From an uncultured Actinomycetes bacterium (GTDB taxonomy: Bacteria; Actinomycetota; UBA4738; HRBIN12), in contig CAVSLX010000009.1 of assembly GCA_963728735.1 (NCBI GenBank), forward strand, positions 11,190 through 75,189: a DNA stretch of 64,000 nt. Direction: 5' to 3'. Shown here one piece after another: positions 60,422 to 64,000 of the stretch. The translations under genes were made by a program, and so were the position numbers. How positions within the stretch are numbered: the stretch's first letter is position 1; each line of letters begins with the position of its first letter. Below the pieces are notes generated by a model. The model ran no database searches, was not told the DNA's origin, and saw only the letters and a program-made list of their open reading frames with translations.

Positions 60422-61108
60422 CCTTCTTCACCTCGCCCTCCGACGGGGAGCACGGCGTGCACCGTGGTGCCGTGCCCGGGGGTCGATTCCACGGTCAAGG
60501 ACCCGCCGACGGATGCGGCGCGGGCCTGCATGATGCGAAGTCCGAAATGCGGGTCGTCGTCGGGGACCACGGAGATGCCGCGGCCACGGTCGATCGACGT
60601 CGAGCACGAGCTCGCCCTCCCCGGCATGCACTCGAACGGAGGCCTCGGTGGCCCCCGAGTGCTTGGCGGCGTTGGCGAGCGATTCCGCGACGATCGCATG
60701 GAGCGCTTCGAGAACGACGTCCGGCATCCCGCCGAGCTCGCCCTCGACCTCGACCCGAGTGGGGAGCTGCCAGCGGTCGGCGAGGCTCCGTACGAGACCG
60801 GCGAACGCGGGTTCGGAGTCGGGCTCCTCGGCCATCATGTCGAAGAGCAGCCGACGGATCAGGTGGAGGTCCTCGCGGATCTGGTCTTCGACTTCTTTCA
60901 GGGCGGCGATCGCGGCCCGCGGGTCGCTCTCGATCCGGTGACGCATCGTCTGCAGCTCCAAGATCGCGGAGGTCACGGCTTGCGTGAGCCCGTCATGGAC
61001 CTGCATCGCCCACCGCGTTCGCTCCTCGAGCAGCCGACGCTCGACCGCATGGGCCACGGTCGGATGCACTCCGGTCTGGGCGCGCTCGCGCGTGCTGGGT
61101 GCCACCAC
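60418..61108 (-). CDS. Soluble HisKA_3-type histidine kinase without sensor domain (frameshift near 60590)
   Basis: ERTRWAMQVHDGLTQ, ESLANAAKHS, DRGRG, HFGLRIMQARA, PGHGTTV; ATGA overlap with the regulator. Confidence 0.85.
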
Positions 61109-61435
61109 TGCCGTCCGTCCTTCCAGTTCGAGCCGATGGTTCTAGTTCGTTGTCGGACGGAAGGCGGTGGACCTTGACCCATCGGGCCGAGGTCCTGCGG
61201 ACCGCAAGCTCGGCGTCGGGCGGTGGCCCGACGGGCGATCGCGCCATCGGAGGGGCCCGCTCGGTACCGCCGTCGAGCGCCCCGGCAAAGGCCGAGGGCC
61301 CGACCGTCGGACCGGGCCCTCGGATACCGCGTCCCGCGGGGGGAGCGGCTCCCGCGATGTTCCGATGAGGAGCGGCCCCGGCGCATCCGCCGAAGGGCGG
61401 AGCTTCGGACGGGCCGCTCCAGGCTCGAGGGATCG

Positions 61436-61469
61436 GGAATATGTCAATGACGTACTCAGGTTCTATGCT
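61436..61469 (+). promoter_or_regulatory. Putative overlapping dnaK promoters (SigR/SigH-type and SigA-type)
   Basis: GGAAT-N19-GTT (61436-61462) and ATGTCA-N17-TATGCT (61441-61469). Confidence 0.5.
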
Positions 61470-61540
61470 GCACCTACACGAAAGAAAGTCGGAGGAGGGC
61501 ACGCCGAACCGGGCGGCCCGCCGAAGGAGGAAACGACGAC

Positions 61541-63412
61541 ATGGCAAGAGCCGTTGGCATCGACCTCGGCACCACGAACTCGGTGGTCGCGGTCCTCGAG
61601 GCAGGCGAGCCCGTGGTGGTTCCGAACGCCGAAGGTTCCCGTACCACCCCCTCGGTGGTCGGGGTCTCGAAGAACGGCGAGATCCTGGTCGGCGAGGTCG
61701 CGAAGCGCCAGGCCATCACGAACCCCGACCGCACGGTCCGCTCGGTGAAGCGCCATATGGGCGACAAGTCCTGGGTGCTCGACATCGACGGCAAGGGCTG
61801 GACGCCGCAGGAGATCTCGGCCCAGATCCTCATGAAGCTCAAGCGGGACGCCGAGGCGTACCTCGGCGACGGCGTCAGCCAAGCCGTGATCACCGTTCCG
61901 GCCTACTTCGACGACGCGCAGCGCCAGGCAACGAAGGAGGCGGGTCAGGTCGCCGGCCTCGAGGTGCTGCGCATCATCAACGAGCCGACCGCCGCGGCCC
62001 TCGCCTACGGGCTCGACAAGGGCGACACCGATCAGACGGTGCTCGTCTTCGACCTCGGCGGCGGCACCTTCGACGTCTCCCTCCTCGAGATCGGTGAGGG
62101 CGTGTTCGAGGTGAAGGCGACCCACGGCGACACGCAGCTCGGCGGCGACGACTGGGACCAGCGGATCGTCGACCTGCTCGTGAAGGCCTTCAAGGATGGC
62201 CACGGCGTCGACCTCTCGAAGGACCGCATGGCCCTGCAGCGTCTCCAGGAGGCGGCGGAGAAGGCGAAGATCGAGCTCTCGCAGGTCGCCGAGACGACGA
62301 TCAACCTGCCCTTCATCACCGCGACGAACGAGGGGCCGTTGCATCTCGAGCACAAGCTGGCCAGGGCCGAGTTCGAGCGGTTGACCGAGGACCTCGTCGA
62401 GCGATGCCGCGTGCCGTTCGAGCAGGCGATCGCCGATTGGGGCAAGGACGCGAGCGCGATCGATCACGTGATCATGGTCGGCGGGTCGACCCGCATGCCG
62501 ATGATCCAAGAGCTGGTGAAGCGGCTCACCGGGGGGAAAGAGCCGCACAAGGGCGTGAACCCCGACGAGGTCGTGGCGGTCGGCGCAGCGGTCCAGGCGG
62601 GCGTCCTCAAGGGCGACGTCAAGGACATCCTCCTGCTCGACGTCACGCCGCTGTCACTCGGCGTCGAGACGCTCGGCGGCATCGTGCAGCGCATGATCGA
62701 GCGGAACACGACGATCCCGACACGCAAGGCCGAGATCTTCACGACGGCGGCCGACTCGCAGACGCAGGTCGAGATCAACGTGCTCCAGGGTGAGGGCGAG
62801 ACCGTCGCCTCGCCCGGCGTGAAGTCGCTCGGCCGGTTCAACCTCGTGGGCATCCCGCCCGCGCCGCGGGGCGTGCCGCAGGTCGAGGTGTCGTTCGACA
62901 TCGACGCCAACGGCATCGTGAACGTGAGCGCCAAGGACCTCGCCACCAGCAAGGAACAGGCGATGACGATCACCGGCGGAACGGCGCTGTCGAAGGACGA
63001 GATCGACCGCATGGTCAAGGAAGCCGAGAGCTTCGCCGCCGAGGATCACGCGCGGCGCGAGGCAGCCGAGGCTCGCAATCAGGCAGACCAGGTCGTCTAC
63101 CAGGTCGAGAAGTTCGTCTCGGAGAACGGCGACAAGGTGCCCGAGGGCGACAAAGACGAGCTGACGAAGGCGGCCGAGGACCTGAAGGATAAGCTGAAGG
63201 ACGCCGACGCCGATGCGGAGACGCTTCGGAGCGCGAGCGACGCCGTGATGGCCATCTTCCAGCGGGTGGGCCAGGCGATGTACGAGCAGCGCGACGCGGC
63301 GCAGGCCGCGTCGGGCGATGACGACCCGACCTCGACATCCTCTGGGGCCTCCTCGGACGGCGAAGACGAGGTCGTCGAAGGGGAGATCGTCGAAGAGGGG
63401 GGCGCGTCGTGA
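61541..63412 (+). CDS. dnaK: Chaperone DnaK
   Basis: [41 protein letters not shown]. Confidence 0.98.
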   Translation: MARAVGIDLGTTNSVVAVLEAGEPVVVPNAEGSRTTPSVVGVSKNGEILVGEVAKRQAITNPDRTVRSVKRHMGDKSWVLDIDGKGWTPQEISAQILMKLKRDAEAYLGDGVSQAVITVPAYFDDAQRQATKEAGQVAGLEVLRIINEPTAAALAYGLDKGDTDQTVLVFDLGGGTFDVSLLEIGEGVFEVKATHGDTQLGGDDWDQRIVDLLVKAFKDGHGVDLSKDRMALQRLQEAAEKAKIELSQVAETTINLPFITATNEGPLHLEHKLARAEFERLTEDLVERCRVPFEQAIADWGKDASAIDHVIMVGGSTRMPMIQELVKRLTGGKEPHKGVNPDEVVAVGAAVQAGVLKGDVKDILLLDVTPLSLGVETLGGIVQRMIERNTTIPTRKAEIFTTAADSQTQVEINVLQGEGETVASPGVKSLGRFNLVGIPPAPRGVPQVEVSFDIDANGIVNVSAKDLATSKEQAMTITGGTALSKDEIDRMVKEAESFAAEDHARREAAEARNQADQVVYQVEKFVSENGDKVPEGDKDELTKAAEDLKDKLKDADADAETLRSASDAVMAIFQRVGQAMYEQRDAAQAASGDDDPTSTSSGASSDGEDEVVEGEIVEEGGAS

Positions 63413-63449
63413 CGCGCGCCACGTCGGATCCGAGCGAGGTCGGGGCCTC

Positions 63450-64000
63450 GTGAGCGACGGCGAGCACCTCACCGGCGATGAGGCCGAGGGTTCCGCGACC
63501 GAGCCCTCGGCCACCGGCATCGAGGAACCCGAAGCGGACGCGTCGACGTCTCCCTCTCCCTCTCCCGCTCCTTCTCCCTCGGGCGAGGTGGACGACCTCG
63601 CCGTCGCCCGCGTGCAGGCCGAGGAGTACCGCGAGCACCTGCAGCGCCTCCAGGCCGAGTTCGACAACTTCCGCAAGCGGACCATGAAGGAGCAGAGCCG
63701 GATGTTCGAGCTTGCCTCGGAGCCGGTCGTGCGGCGGCTGCTCGAGGTCCTCGACGACTTCGAGCTCGCCCTCATGCATGCGGAACAGCGATCGGCAGAC
63801 GAGCCCGACGGCGGGTTCATGAAAGGCGTCGAGCTCGTGTTCGCGAAGCTCGTCGACGCGCTCCGCGCCGAAGGCCTCGAGCGGATCGAGGCCGAGGGCA
63901 GGCCCTTCGATCCGGAGCTCCACGAGGCGTTGATGCAGACCGGCGACGGTGCCGGCGACCCCGTCGTGGCAGAGGTGTTCCGCCCCGGCTACACGCTGAA
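63450..64000 (+). CDS. grpE: Nucleotide exchange factor GrpE (3'-truncated by window edge)
   Basis: LQRLQAEFDNFRKR, LLEVLDDFELAL, FDPELHEA, RPGY. Confidence 0.95.
   Translation, partial: MSDGEHLTGDEAEGSATEPSATGIEEPEADASTSPSPSPAPSPSGEVDDLAVARVQAEEYREHLQRLQAEFDNFRKRTMKEQSRMFELASEPVVRRLLEVLDDFELALMHAEQRSADEPDGGFMKGVELVFAKLVDALRAEGLERIEAEGRPFDPELHEALMQTGDGAGDPVVAEVFRPGYTL

Noticed and set aside
63547-63582. TCTCCC hexamer repeat
   Set aside because: It encodes a Ser-Pro low-complexity linker in the GrpE N-terminus.

Overview
A GC-rich chromosomal segment, most likely from an Actinomycetota genome. The markers are an actinobacterial-type tRNA-Sec, an Rv3661-like HAD gene, an Ssd/Tad locus, DUF5318-ponA, GT87, rpsF-ssb-rpsR-rplI-dnaB and many leaderless genes; a deep-branching lineage is inferred, not shown. 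It carries housekeeping genes (menaquinone cluster, panB, trpD, dcd, nth, dnaK-grpE), two tRNAs (Sec, Gly-CCC), three kinase/NarL-type regulator pairs plus an orphan kinase, a Tad/Flp pilus locus flanked by patches of small accessory genes, and twin M15 peptidase paralogues, one lacking its catalytic residues. Many frameshifts, including in dnaB and menB, look like long-read indel errors. The most interesting signals are non-coding. (i) At 49.2-49.55 kb, directly downstream of a two-component system, there is a perfect NarL-type 7-2-7 palindrome, a candidate ~95-nt sRNA with two C-rich (anti-Shine-Dalgarno) loops, and a 17-nt-period array of G-rich mini-hairpins. (ii) A compact Ms1-like RNA candidate lies downstream of the HAD gene. 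(iii) A C-rich structured leader precedes the Tad operon. (iv) A heavily folded intergenic region lies upstream of dnaK. All calls are by eye; no searches or folding programs were run.
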